The notes under the pieces: model-generated | What the model was told of the DNA's origin: nothing | The model's input: the letters and a program-made list of their open reading frames with translations, nothing else | The model's database searches: none | Shown: piece after piece, positions 8,921 to 17,930 of the stretch | Numbering within the stretch: position 1 is the stretch's first letter | Layout: every line of letters begins with the position of its first letter | DNA from: Minisyncoccia bacterium | GTDB taxonomy: Bacteria; Patescibacteriota; Minisyncoccia; UBA6257 | Direction of reading: 5' to 3' | DNA length: 57,625 bases | Assembly: GCA_049967535.1 (NCBI GenBank) | Contig: JBMFSN010000001.1 | Location: 1-57,625 of the forward strand | Position numbers and translations under genes: made by a program

Positions 8921-9277
8921 ATGAGACACTTAAAAGAAGGAAAAAAATTTCACCGAAAAACCGACCAGAGAAGAGCTTTACTAAAAGGGTTAATGGCTAA
9001 TTTAATCATGCGAGGAAAAATTACCACCACCTTAAGTAAGGCAAAAGAAACAAAGAAAAAAATTGAAAGATTAATTACAGTTGCCAAAAAGCAAGATTTG
9101 GCTTCTTTAAAAAGAATTAAAGCCACTTTACCGGATAAAGCTAGTAAAAAATTATATTACGAAATTGCTCCTTTGTATTTAAATACAAAGGGAGGATATA
9201 CTAGAATAATTAAAACTTCCTTAAGAAAAAAAAGAGACGCTTCTGATTTAGTAATTTTAGAGCTTATTCAAAATTAA
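8921..9277 (+). CDS. rplQ: 50S ribosomal protein L17
   Basis: MRHLKEGKKFHRKTDQRRALLKGLMANLIMRGKITTTLSKAKE, in the position after rpoA. Confidence 0.9.
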   Translation: MRHLKEGKKFHRKTDQRRALLKGLMANLIMRGKITTTLSKAKETKKKIERLITVAKKQDLASLKRIKATLPDKASKKLYYEIAPLYLNTKGGYTRIIKTSLRKKRDASDLVILELIQN

Positions 9278-9289
9278 AAATTTGTTATT

Positions 9290-9646
9290 ATGCCTCAATC
9301 TAATAATACCATCATTCTGGATGCCACTGACCAATCTTTGGGACGATTAGCTTCTCGTATTGCTGTTTTATTACAAGACAAAAATAAAGCTACTTTTGAA
9401 CCTAATAAACCCGGTACCAACACTATTATCGTTAATAATTTTAGTAAAATTAAATTTAAGGGCAATAAACCCCAAACTAAAATTTATTATAAACACACTG
9501 GTTACTTAGGGCACCTCAAAGAAACAACTTTGGATAAAATGTTTGAAAAAGACCCTCAAAGAGTTTTAAAACTAGCTGTTAGGGGAATGCTTCCCAAAAA
9601 TAAACTTCGTGACCAACGTTTAAAAAGATTAAAAATTAATTTATAG
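9290..9646 (+). CDS. rplM: 50S ribosomal protein L13 (short, 118 aa)
   Basis: ILDATDQSLGRLASRIAVLLQDK, HTGYLGHLKE and GMLPKNKL. Canonical rplM-rpsI pair. Confidence 0.85.
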   Translation: MPQSNNTIILDATDQSLGRLASRIAVLLQDKNKATFEPNKPGTNTIIVNNFSKIKFKGNKPQTKIYYKHTGYLGHLKETTLDKMFEKDPQRVLKLAVRGMLPKNKLRDQRLKRLKINL

Positions 9647-9655
9647 AACAACTGT

Positions 9656-10117
9656 ATGGTTACTCAAAATTCTAACATTACCAAAGAAGAGAAAGCTATA
9701 AAAACAAAAGAAGAAAAATCTTCTTCTAAGGAAAAATATTTTGAAGCAGTGGGAAGAAGAAAAGAATCGGTAGCTCGAGTAAGAATTAACCAAGCTCAGC
9801 CAGGTATTTCTATTAACAATAAAACTCTAGAACAATATTTCCCCCTTCTTTCTTATCAGTCAAAAATTTTATCTCCTCTTAAAGAAGCTAATTTAGAAAA
9901 TAAATTTTTTATTTCCGTTAAAGTACAGGGCGGGGGATTAACAGGACAAGCTGAGGCTATTCGTTTGGGTATTAGCCGTTCCTTGGTTAAATTTAATGAA
10001 AAATTACAATCTTTACTAAGAAATAAAGGGTTTCTTACTCGTGATAGCCGAGCCGTGGAAAGAAAGAAATATGGACTGAAAAAAGCTCGCCGCGCTCCTC
10101 AATGGCAAAAACGATAA
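9656..10117 (+). CDS. rpsI: 30S ribosomal protein S9 with K/E-rich N-terminal extension
   Basis: GRRKESVARVRI, VKVQGGGLTGQAEAIRLGISRSL and a TRDSRAVERKKYGLKKARRAPQWQKR tail. Confidence 0.9.
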   Translation: MVTQNSNITKEEKAIKTKEEKSSSKEKYFEAVGRRKESVARVRINQAQPGISINNKTLEQYFPLLSYQSKILSPLKEANLENKFFISVKVQGGGLTGQAEAIRLGISRSLVKFNEKLQSLLRNKGFLTRDSRAVERKKYGLKKARRAPQWQKR

Positions 10118-10124
10118 AACAATA

Positions 10125-11468
10125 TCAATACGATATTTGTTTTATCCCGGATGGGGTTAAATAAAAAATGTAATTTAAGGATGGATCATAAGCAAAATTG
10201 CTATTTTTTAAATCACTTCCAATAGAAATAATTTCTTTATTTTGAAAATCATAGAGATTCAAACTAGAGGAGCTAGAGTAAAGACAAAAATCGTCATTAA
10301 GAAAATAATTAGGAAAAGAGTCAGAAATCAAATCTGGCTCTTTTTTTATGTTTTGAGAAACCCCAACCTTAGTAATTTTTTTGTCATTGAGATAAAGTAA
10401 AATATTATCATTGCTAGGCGAAAAACTACCATCAATAATATTATCTCCCAATAAAATAGATGTCCCGTCTAGGGCATTAACTAGAAAAGCCTGACCCGTG
10501 CTCTTGATAATTAAAAATAAATCGCGCTGAGAAGCTTTTTTGATAATAAGAGTATCAAGATTATCTTTAGAATCATAAAAACTTACTAAAGACAACTGTG
10601 TTTCTTTTAGTTGGGATAAATTTAATTTAACAAAAAGTCCATTATTTTTAATATAATAGATATTATCAGCATCAATTATAAAAGGAGAAGTAGAAGTGTT
10701 AACCAGCTGAGTTACTGTTTTATTAAGATAATTGAATTGATACAAGCCTTGGTTAGTTTTTATTAAAACTTCGCTGTTAGTATCTAATAAAGGTGCAACT
10801 TCTTGAATAATAGGATTTTGTTTCGTTTGTAAATTATTTTGTTTTAGGCCAGACGACAATTCATTATTTAAATTTAAAGGTTGTTCAATTAGGCTTTTAG
10901 GCAAAAATACTACCTGCCAATCATTATCTTTTAATTCAACAATAATTTGTTTTCTGTCAGGGGTAAAGATAAAAATTTGGGGCAAAAGAGTTGTTTGATA
11001 AAATTTAATATTATCCTTAGTATTACGGTCATATAAATACCAATCATAATTCTTAGCCACCTTTTTAAAATAGACAAATCTATTAAATTCTTGGTCGGGA
11101 AAAAATTTGTCAATTGTTGTATCAGAAACTAATTCTTCTTTGGACCAGACTTTGGGGAATAAATAAACAGTGCCTAAATCTAATGTTTGCCTGGGTTTTA
11201 TTTCTCCTGTCTTTTGAACTAATGAATAACCAGGGTAAGAAATGACAATTTGATAAGTTTTGGCTGGCAATTGAAGGTTAAAAACACCGGTTTTGCTTGT
11301 ATAGAGTTTATCATTGATATTAAGAGTAGCACTACGAGGAAAAAGCACCACATGAAGAATACCAGTTGCTTTAAGGTAGTTTTGATAAAAATAAAAATAT
11401 AAAAGTACTCCTAAAATACTAAGAGCAGTAAAAACACTTAAAATAATAATTTTTTTAGATTTCTCCAT
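10125..11468 (-). CDS. Hypothetical membrane-anchored protein, PEGA-like N-terminal domain plus repeat-rich beta domain
   Basis: N-terminal TM (IIILSVFTALSILGVLLYFYF), then a PEGA-like segment (LHVVLFPRSATLNINDKLY...YQIVISYPGYS). The remainder is unrecognised. Confidence 0.6.
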   Translation of the reverse strand: MEKSKKIIILSVFTALSILGVLLYFYFYQNYLKATGILHVVLFPRSATLNINDKLYTSKTGVFNLQLPAKTYQIVISYPGYSLVQKTGEIKPRQTLDLGTVYLFPKVWSKEELVSDTTIDKFFPDQEFNRFVYFKKVAKNYDWYLYDRNTKDNIKFYQTTLLPQIFIFTPDRKQIIVELKDNDWQVVFLPKSLIEQPLNLNNELSSGLKQNNLQTKQNPIIQEVAPLLDTNSEVLIKTNQGLYQFNYLNKTVTQLVNTSTSPFIIDADNIYYIKNNGLFVKLNLSQLKETQLSLVSFYDSKDNLDTLIIKKASQRDLFLIIKSTGQAFLVNALDGTSILLGDNIIDGSFSPSNDNILLYLNDKKITKVGVSQNIKKEPDLISDSFPNYFLNDDFCLYSSSSSLNLYDFQNKEIISIGSDLKNSNFAYDPSLNYIFYLTPSGIKQISY

Positions 11469-11537
11469 ATTGTTTCTTTCTCTATTATAACAAGACTTTA
11501 TTTTATTGTAAAAATATTATACAATATTATTAACAAA

Positions 11538-12638
11538 ATGACTGGCCAAAACAAATATCAAAAATCATTATATCTTTTTACTTTTATCCTTGTTGTTATA
11601 GGCTTTTTAAGCTTAATTAGTGCTTCTTCTATTATTGGAGCCGAAGATTATCATAATCCTTATTACTTTGTCAAAAAACAACTCCTTCAGGGCCTTTTAG
11701 GAGGTCTGATTTTGGCCTGGATTGTTTCTAAAATCAATTATCAATCATTTAAAAAGCTGTCTCTTATTTTATTAATTATCAATTTAGGGCTGGTAGGGCT
11801 TTGTTTTATTGGCCCCTTTAAAAACCCTAGTAATGGTTCTTTTCGTTGGTTAAAGCTTGGTCCTTTATCTTTTCAGCCTTCAGAATTATTAAAAATCACT
11901 TACGTTTTATTTTTAGCTAGTATTCTTAGTTCTTTAAATACAGAAAAAAGGAGACAAATTTTTAGTAGTTCTTTTCTTATTTTTCTATTATCTCTGGGTA
12001 TAGTAACTGGACTTTTAGCAAAACAACCCTCAACGGGAACATCTATTATTATAGGATTAAGTTCCCTGGTGATGTATTTTATTGCTGGTTTAAGCCTTAA
12101 ACAAATTTTGGTAGTTTTGCTTGTGGGTGGTTTGGGGTTAACCTTTTTAGTTATTAAAACCCCATACCGGATGCAAAGGTTTACTTCATTTTTATCAGGA
12201 GCTAATGATCCTTTAGGTTCTGGTTATCAAAGTCAGCAATCATTAATTGGGATTGGTTCTGGAGGAATTATTGGAGTGGGTTTTGGCAATTCTCTTCAGA
12301 GATTTAATTATTTACCAGAAAGCCATACCGATGCTATTTTTTCTATTATTGCCGAAGAATTTGGTTTTGTAGGCTCCATTATTCTTTTAATTATTTATCT
12401 TCTCTTTGTCTCTAGTGGTTTTAAACTAGCGGGAACAGTTTCAGATTTATATGGGAAATATATTATTATTGGAGTGATTAGTGGCATTGGTTTTCAAGCT
12501 TTCATTAATATTGCCTCTATGTGTAAATTAATGCCCATCACTGGCATTCCTTTGCCCTTTATTAGCTATGGTTCCTCGGCTATGGTTGCTAATTTTTTAG
12601 GGTTAGGTCTTATACATAATATAGCAAAACAGAACTAG
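11538..12638 (+). CDS. ftsW: SEDS-family peptidoglycan glycosyltransferase (FtsW/RodA)
   Basis: Polytopic membrane protein with SEDS motifs (FQPSELLKI, LPESHTDAIFSIIAEEFGFVGS, PITGIPLPFISYGSS). Adjacent to murG, which favours FtsW. Confidence 0.85.
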   Translation: MTGQNKYQKSLYLFTFILVVIGFLSLISASSIIGAEDYHNPYYFVKKQLLQGLLGGLILAWIVSKINYQSFKKLSLILLIINLGLVGLCFIGPFKNPSNGSFRWLKLGPLSFQPSELLKITYVLFLASILSSLNTEKRRQIFSSSFLIFLLSLGIVTGLLAKQPSTGTSIIIGLSSLVMYFIAGLSLKQILVVLLVGGLGLTFLVIKTPYRMQRFTSFLSGANDPLGSGYQSQQSLIGIGSGGIIGVGFGNSLQRFNYLPESHTDAIFSIIAEEFGFVGSIILLIIYLLFVSSGFKLAGTVSDLYGKYIIIGVISGIGFQAFINIASMCKLMPITGIPLPFISYGSSAMVANFLGLGLIHNIAKQN

Positions 12639-12773
12639 ATAAAATTCAATTTTCAATTACCAATTTTCAATTTACAATAAATTTTCAATGATTCAATTTC
12701 TAATGTTTGAAAATTATAAAATTGTAAATTCAATGAAAATTGTAAATTAGAAATTGTAAATTATAAAATTATT
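12639..12773 (+). repeat. Long composite intergenic repeat (TTTTCAAT module plus AAATTGT module), a dispersed family
   Basis: 12705..12762 matches the reverse complement of 43227..43284 at 56/58. The left part (caataaattttcaatgattcaatttctaatgttt) recurs at 21449..21570 (reversed) and 28415..28470. Confidence 0.85.
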
Positions 12774-13964
12774 ATGGATCTTTCATTCTTAAAACCTAAA
12801 CTTTATTCCCAGAAAACCATTCGTATAGTCCTTACCGGGGGTGGTTCTGGTGGCCATACCTTCCCTTTAATTGCCATTACTAGAGAATTAAAGAAAATAG
12901 CCGTCAGCCAAAATATTAATTTGGAACTCATTTATATTGGTCCAAACGATTTTACCTTATCTTACATTCAAAAAGAGGGGATTAAAATCAAAACTATTAT
13001 AGCTGGCAAAATCAGAAGAGAATTTTCTTGGCAAAACATTATAGATGTTTTTAAAACAATTGGAGGAATATTTCAAGCCCTATTTTATGTTTATTTAGAA
13101 ATGCCTGATTTGATTTTCTCCAAAGGAGGTTATGGTTCTTTTCCGGTTACTTTTTGGGGAATTATTTTTGTTATTCCTGTTTACATTCATGAGAGTGATT
13201 TTATTCCTGGTGTATCCAATCATTTAATTAGCCATTTTGCTAAAAAAATTTTTATCTCTTTTGAGGAAACAAAAAATTATTTTCCTCTTCAAAAAACTAT
13301 TTTAGTCGGTAATCCCATTAGAGAAGAACTTTTAAATCAAAATATTAGTCCCCAAGATGATAAAAAGATTCTAGGTTTATCTTCACGGCCTGTTTTAACT
13401 ATCCTTGGGGGTTCGCAGGGTTCAAAGCATATTAACGACCTTATTCTTGATATTTTACCTAAATTAATCGATCGTTTAGAGATTATTCACCAGGTCGGAG
13501 ATAATAATTATGAAGATTTAATGAAAGAAAAAGAAATAATTTTTCAAGAAATTATTAAAAACGAAGATGCCAAAAAATATTATCATCCTATTCCTTTTTT
13601 GAATGAATCACCAACCCCTAACTTAACATCCCTTAAAGATGTTTTAATTGTAAGTGATTTAATTATTGCCCGGGCGGGAAGCGGTTTAATCTTTGAAATT
13701 GCTGCTCTTGGCAAGCCTTCCATTATTATTCCCTTACCCTGGGCAGCCCAAGACCACCAGAAAAAAAATGCCTATGAGTATGCTAATTCAGGAGCCGCTA
13801 TTGTCATTGAAGAACAAAATTTAAAACCCAATATCTTAACTAATTTAATTTTAGAAATTTTAGATGATCCTGAAAAATTATCCTCTATGCAAAAAGCAGC
13901 TTTGTCGTTTGCTAAACCTAACGCTGCGGAAGAAATAGCTCAATATCTACTTCAAAATACATAA
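12774..13964 (+). CDS. murG: UDP-N-acetylglucosamine--N-acetylmuramyl-(pentapeptide) pyrophosphoryl-undecaprenol GlcNAc transferase
   Basis: LTGGGSGGHTFPLIAI, GGYGSFPV, LGGSQGSKHIN and ARAGSGLIFEIAALGKPSIIIP. Confidence 0.85.
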   Translation: MDLSFLKPKLYSQKTIRIVLTGGGSGGHTFPLIAITRELKKIAVSQNINLELIYIGPNDFTLSYIQKEGIKIKTIIAGKIRREFSWQNIIDVFKTIGGIFQALFYVYLEMPDLIFSKGGYGSFPVTFWGIIFVIPVYIHESDFIPGVSNHLISHFAKKIFISFEETKNYFPLQKTILVGNPIREELLNQNISPQDDKKILGLSSRPVLTILGGSQGSKHINDLILDILPKLIDRLEIIHQVGDNNYEDLMKEKEIIFQEIIKNEDAKKYYHPIPFLNESPTPNLTSLKDVLIVSDLIIARAGSGLIFEIAALGKPSIIIPLPWAAQDHQKKNAYEYANSGAAIVIEEQNLKPNILTNLILEILDDPEKLSSMQKAALSFAKPNAAEEIAQYLLQNT

Positions 13965-14086
13965 AGTATACTGTATAATACAATTTACAATTCACAATTT
14001 ACAATGAATTTTCAATGATCCAATTTTCAAACAACGCTTGTTTCTAATTGTAAATTGTAAATTAAAAATTAAAAATTTTATAGCCC
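13965..14086 (+). repeat. Composite intergenic repeat with inverted ACAATTT / AAATTGT arms
   Basis: caatttacaattcacaatttacaatgaattttcaatgatccaattttc ... ctaattgtaaattgtaaattaaaaattaaaaatttta. The two arms are reverse complements of each other. Confidence 0.8.
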
Positions 14087-15583
14087 ATGGATGACCCTAA
14101 AACTCCACAAAAATTATTTGCCCCCCGAGTTCGTTTAGCACCCAGTCCTACTGGTTGGTTTCATATTGGTACGGCAAGAACTGGCCTTTTTAATTTTCTC
14201 TTTGCCAGAAAAAATGGAGGAAAATTTATTCTAAGAATTGAGGATACAGATAAAATTCGTTCTAAAAAAATTTATGAAGAGAATATTATTAATGGCCTTC
14301 GTTGGTTAGGTTTAGATTGGGATGAAGGGCCAGAAAAAGAAGGAGATTTTGGACCTTATTATCAAAGCCAAAGAACTGATATTTATAAAAAATATTTAAA
14401 GCAATTATTAGATGAGGGGAAAGCTTATTATTGTTTTTGCACCCCAGAAGAATTAGAAGCCCAAAGGGCAAATATGATTTCTCAAGGTTTAGCTCCCAAA
14501 TATTCAGGGAAATGTCGTAATTTGCCAGCTTCAACAGTAAAACAATATCTTGATGAGAAAAAGCCAGCAGTTATTAGGATAAAAATGCCTAACACCACTA
14601 TTTCTTTTGATGATTTAATTAGGGATAAAGTAGAGTTTGACCTTAATTTAATAGGGGATATTGTGATAGCTAAGAGCTTAGAAGAACCCTTGTATAATTT
14701 TAGTGTTGTAATTGATGACTATTTGATGCAAATAACGCACGTAATTCGCGGAGAAGACCATATTAGCAATACGCCCAAGCAGATTGTTATCCAGGAAGCC
14801 TTGGGCTTTCCTAGGCCCATTTATGCGCATTTACCAATGATTTTAGGCTCTGATAGGTCAAAATTAAGCAAAAGACATGGAGCAACAAGCCTTACAGAAT
14901 ACCAAAAATTAGGTTATTTACCAGAAGCTATAAATAACTTCTTGGCTCTTTTGGGCTGGCATCCTTATGGAGATAATGAAGTGATGACTCTAGAAGAATT
15001 GATAGATAAGTTTGATTTATCTCGAGTACAAAAGGGAGGAGCAATTTTTAATTTACAAAAATTAGATTGGTTTAATGCTCAATATTTAAAAAATATTCCT
15101 TTTGATCAGCTTTTCCAATATTTTCTTAATTATTTAAAAACATTTACTCCTCAGATTAATTTATCTCAATTCGATGAAATTCGATTAAAAAAAATTTTAG
15201 AATTAGAAATTTCCAGAATTACTAAATTCAGCGACCTTCTAGACTCATCGGATTTCTTTTTTCAAGAAACCCTTCATTATCCTAAAGAGTTGTTAAGCTG
15301 GAAAGGTGAGAGAGAAGAGGATATTAAACAAGCTCTTAACGATGCTTTGAATATCATCCAAAGTATTAAAGAGGAAGATTTTAATCAAGTTAATATTCAA
15401 ACAAGGTTTTCTAACCTTATTGATTCTCAATCATTATATCAAGAAAATAGAGGCAAGATTCTCTGGCCGTTAAGAGTGGCTCTCTCCGGTAAAAAAGCCT
15501 CAGCTGGGCCATTTGAAATAGCAGAAATTTTAGGTAAAAAAGAAACGATAAGAAGAGTTAAAAAGGCGATTGAACTAGTTTAA
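14087..15583 (+). CDS. gltX: Glutamate--tRNA ligase
   Basis: RLAPSPTGWFHIGTARTGLFNF (HIGH), IRGEDHISNTPKQ and KLSKRHG (KMSKS). Confidence 0.9.
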   Translation: MDDPKTPQKLFAPRVRLAPSPTGWFHIGTARTGLFNFLFARKNGGKFILRIEDTDKIRSKKIYEENIINGLRWLGLDWDEGPEKEGDFGPYYQSQRTDIYKKYLKQLLDEGKAYYCFCTPEELEAQRANMISQGLAPKYSGKCRNLPASTVKQYLDEKKPAVIRIKMPNTTISFDDLIRDKVEFDLNLIGDIVIAKSLEEPLYNFSVVIDDYLMQITHVIRGEDHISNTPKQIVIQEALGFPRPIYAHLPMILGSDRSKLSKRHGATSLTEYQKLGYLPEAINNFLALLGWHPYGDNEVMTLEELIDKFDLSRVQKGGAIFNLQKLDWFNAQYLKNIPFDQLFQYFLNYLKTFTPQINLSQFDEIRLKKILELEISRITKFSDLLDSSDFFFQETLHYPKELLSWKGEREEDIKQALNDALNIIQSIKEEDFNQVNIQTRFSNLIDSQSLYQENRGKILWPLRVALSGKKASAGPFEIAEILGKKETIRRVKKAIELV

Positions 15584-15639
15584 AAATTTAAACATTAAGA
15601 CATTATTTAAAAATTAAAAAATTAAAAATTTTTAAAAAT
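15584..15639 (+). repeat. Intergenic AAAATTA-type heptamer cassette
   Basis: aaaatttaaacattaagacattatttaaaaattaaaaaattaaaaatttttaaaaat, before ATG 15640. Confidence 0.7.
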
Positions 15640-15834
15640 ATGGATTGGAATCAATTTGTCACTCAATTTTCTCAATTCGTAGCCAATGCTTTGTCAGAAC
15701 TAAGTAAATTAGTCAATCAAATTTTTTTGTCAGGCATTATAGGCAACCTTTTGTCCATTCTCAAAGCTATTGGAAAATTTATTATTGCCGCTTTAGAAAT
15801 GATTGTCAGAATTCTCAAATTCTTTATCCATTAA
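15640..15834 (+). CDS. Small hydrophobic/amphipathic protein (64 aa), hypothetical
   Basis: The ORF is preceded by the same repeat cassette that precedes real genes. Sequence FLSGIIGNLLSILKAIGKFIIAALEMIVRILKFFI looks membrane-active. No homology recognised. Confidence 0.4.
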   Translation: MDWNQFVTQFSQFVANALSELSKLVNQIFLSGIIGNLLSILKAIGKFIIAALEMIVRILKFFIH

Positions 15835-15863
15835 GGGAAAAGAGGGGATTGGTTGTCTTATAT

Positions 15864-15892
15864 TTGCTTCAAATATCTAAAAATGATATAAT
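15864..15892 (+). promoter_or_regulatory. Candidate sigma-70 promoter of tdk
   Basis: TTGCTT (15864..15869), 17 nt, then TGA-TATAAT (-10 at 15887..15892, extended TG). Confidence 0.5.
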
Positions 15893-15927
15893 ATTTATAG
15901 CACTTTAAAAATATAGGGGGGTGTGAA

Positions 15928-16506
15928 ATGAATGAAAAAGCAGTTGGAAGACTAGAAGTAATTACCGGATGCATGTTTTCCGGTAAAAGTGAAGAATTAA
16001 TAAGAAGGCTTCGAAGGGCTCAGATTGCAAAACAAACAACATTGGTATTTAAACCGAAAATTGATAATCGTTATTCTAATATTGAAGTGGTGTCTCATTC
16101 CGGAGTTAAAATTGATGCCATCCCAGTTAAAGATTCAAATGTTATATTAGAATATGTTGCTCGATATCCTAATGTTCAAATAATCGGAATCGATGAGGGA
16201 CAATTTTTTGAACCTAATATTGTTTTCTTAGTACGTGAACTTCTGGAACAAAATAAAAGAATAATGGTCGCTGGACTTGATATGGATTTTCGAGGAGAGC
16301 CTTTTGGAGCAATGCCCATACTTATGGCTATGGCTGACGAAGTATTAAAATTACATGCTATTTGCACCGTTTGCGGTGAAGACGCCATGATGACTCAAAG
16401 AATAATTAATGGTCGGCCTGCGCGCTATGATGAACAGATTATTTTAATTGGGGCTTCGGAAACATATGAAGCCAGATGCAGAAAACATCACGAAATACGA
16501 TATTAA
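15928..16506 (+). CDS. tdk: Thymidine kinase
   Basis: VITGCMFSGKSEELIRR P-loop, IGIDEGQFF, and a C-terminal zinc motif CTVCGEDA...RCRKHH. Strong RBS ggggggtg. Confidence 0.9.
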   Translation: MNEKAVGRLEVITGCMFSGKSEELIRRLRRAQIAKQTTLVFKPKIDNRYSNIEVVSHSGVKIDAIPVKDSNVILEYVARYPNVQIIGIDEGQFFEPNIVFLVRELLEQNKRIMVAGLDMDFRGEPFGAMPILMAMADEVLKLHAICTVCGEDAMMTQRIINGRPARYDEQIILIGASETYEARCRKHHEIRY

Positions 16507-16520
16507 AAGGGAGGCTAGAA

Positions 16521-16742
16521 ATGAAAAAAAATAAAATGACAAAGAGTAATAAATTAAAAAGAAAGATAGACAATGAAAAACTTAACGAAAAACTGGAAGA
16601 ATTAATCAAAGATTTACCCCAATTAATTCAGACAATCATAGAATATAAACTTAATATCCCATTAACCTTTTCTCAAGAGGAGAGTGTCAAATATAATATT
16701 CAGGAATATTTGTCCAATTTAAATAAAAAATATGGCAAATAA
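16521..16742 (+). CDS. Hypothetical small protein (73 aa)
   Basis: Track ORF 16476..16742. The ATG at 16521 follows a strong RBS (aaagggaggctagaa) and avoids overlap with tdk. Lys-rich, helical; no family recognised. Confidence 0.5.
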   Translation: MKKNKMTKSNKLKRKIDNEKLNEKLEELIKDLPQLIQTIIEYKLNIPLTFSQEESVKYNIQEYLSNLNKKYGK

Positions 16743-16746
16743 AATT

Positions 16747-16773
16747 ATCGGGACCAAATGTCCCGATTTTTTA
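16747..16773 (+). terminator. Rho-independent terminator after the tdk operon
   Basis: ATCGGGAC-caaat-GTCCCGAT followed by TTTTTT. Confidence 0.75.
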
Positions 16774-16830
16774 TTTATAATAATTTATTAGTACTTTATT
16801 AGTACTAATGATTGAGTAATAGGGAAGTAC

Positions 16831-16858
16831 TTGACAGTTACTTTCCAGGCGCTATAAT
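16831..16858 (+). promoter_or_regulatory. Consensus sigma-70 promoter upstream of the recombinase gene
   Basis: TTGACA (16831..16836), 16 nt, TATAAT (16853..16858). Followed by a 9-bp leader hairpin ATACTTCGC/GCGAAGTAT (16868..16899). Confidence 0.55.
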
Positions 16859-16952
16859 GACATTAAGATACTTCGCATAAGGTAGCTTTAGCGAAGTATG
16901 ATATCTAAAGTAAGGGTTTAATTAACTAATTATCACTCCCCTAACAAAATCT

Positions 16953-17897
16953 ATGAAAAAAAGCCAAAAACCCATTCTTGAACATATTCCAGAATTTATG
17001 GAATATTTAGATATAGAAAAAGGTTTGAGCCATAACAGTCAGATTACTTATAATCGTTTAATTCATAAGTTTGAAAATTGGCTTAAGGAGAATAAATTGG
17101 CCACTCTCCTACCACATGAACTGACAGCAGAGCATCTTTGGCAATACCGCGTCTATTTATCCAAAATTTATAATAAAAACAGCCGTCAACCATTAAAAAG
17201 GGCTTCCATTAACTATTATCTTATTGTTTTAAGAAATCTTTTAAATTATTTTGCTGATAGAGACATGACAGCTTTACCAGCAGAAAAAGTAAAACTTTTT
17301 TTGGATAAAAAAGAAAAAAGCATTAAGTTTTTAAATTTAGAACAAGTTGAAGATTTGCTCTCTGCCCCAGATATTAGTAATATCAGCGGCTTAAGAGATA
17401 AAGCCATTTTAGAAACTTTATTTTCTACTGGTTTAAGAGTAGCGGAACTTGTCAGTCTCAATCGCAATCAAATTAAATTAACTAATTTAAATGATGATTT
17501 GGAAATAAATATTATTGGTAAAGGTAATCGTATTAGACCGGTTTATTTATCTCCTCGAAGTTTAATATCCATTAAAGATTATTTAGATAAAAGAACTGAT
17601 GACGAAGAAGCATTATTTATTAGCTTCAAAGGCCCAACCTCTCAAGAACACCGTTTAACCACCCGTTCCATAGAAAATATTGTTAGAAAATATGTTAATA
17701 AAGCCGGGATCTCTATCTTGGCCAGCCCTCACACCTTAAGACATAGCTTTGCCACTGATTTATTAACTCAAGGCGTTGATTTAAGAACTGTCCAAGAGTT
17801 TTTAGGTCATAAAAACATTGCTACCACTCAAATTTATACTCATATTACTAATAAACGCTTAAAAGATATTCATAAAAAATATCATAGTGAAGTATAA
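16953..17897 (+). CDS. Tyrosine recombinase, XerC/XerD family
   Basis: N-terminal SAM-like core-binding domain. Catalytic residues are in context: LFSTGLRVAELVSL (Arg), HTLRHSFAT (His-x-x-Arg), LGHKNIATTQIYTH (His...Tyr). Confidence 0.85.
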   Translation: MKKSQKPILEHIPEFMEYLDIEKGLSHNSQITYNRLIHKFENWLKENKLATLLPHELTAEHLWQYRVYLSKIYNKNSRQPLKRASINYYLIVLRNLLNYFADRDMTALPAEKVKLFLDKKEKSIKFLNLEQVEDLLSAPDISNISGLRDKAILETLFSTGLRVAELVSLNRNQIKLTNLNDDLEINIIGKGNRIRPVYLSPRSLISIKDYLDKRTDDEEALFISFKGPTSQEHRLTTRSIENIVRKYVNKAGISILASPHTLRHSFATDLLTQGVDLRTVQEFLGHKNIATTQIYTHITNKRLKDIHKKYHSEV

Positions 17898-17900
17898 TAA

Positions 17901-17925
17901 AAAAGCCCGGTTTTAACCGAGCTTT
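17901..17925. terminator. Possible bidirectional terminator between convergent genes
   Basis: AAAAGCCCGGTTTTAACCGAGCTTT: an imperfect GC stem flanked by an A-run and a T-run. Confidence 0.4.
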
Positions 17926-17930
17926 GTAAA

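Noticed and set aside
6732-14086. Tandem short repeats in intergenic regions as CRISPR arrays
   Set aside because: The period is 7 nt with no unique spacers, the arrays are only 20-60 nt long, and there are no cas genes. The only Cas4-like protein is stand-alone and far from any array.
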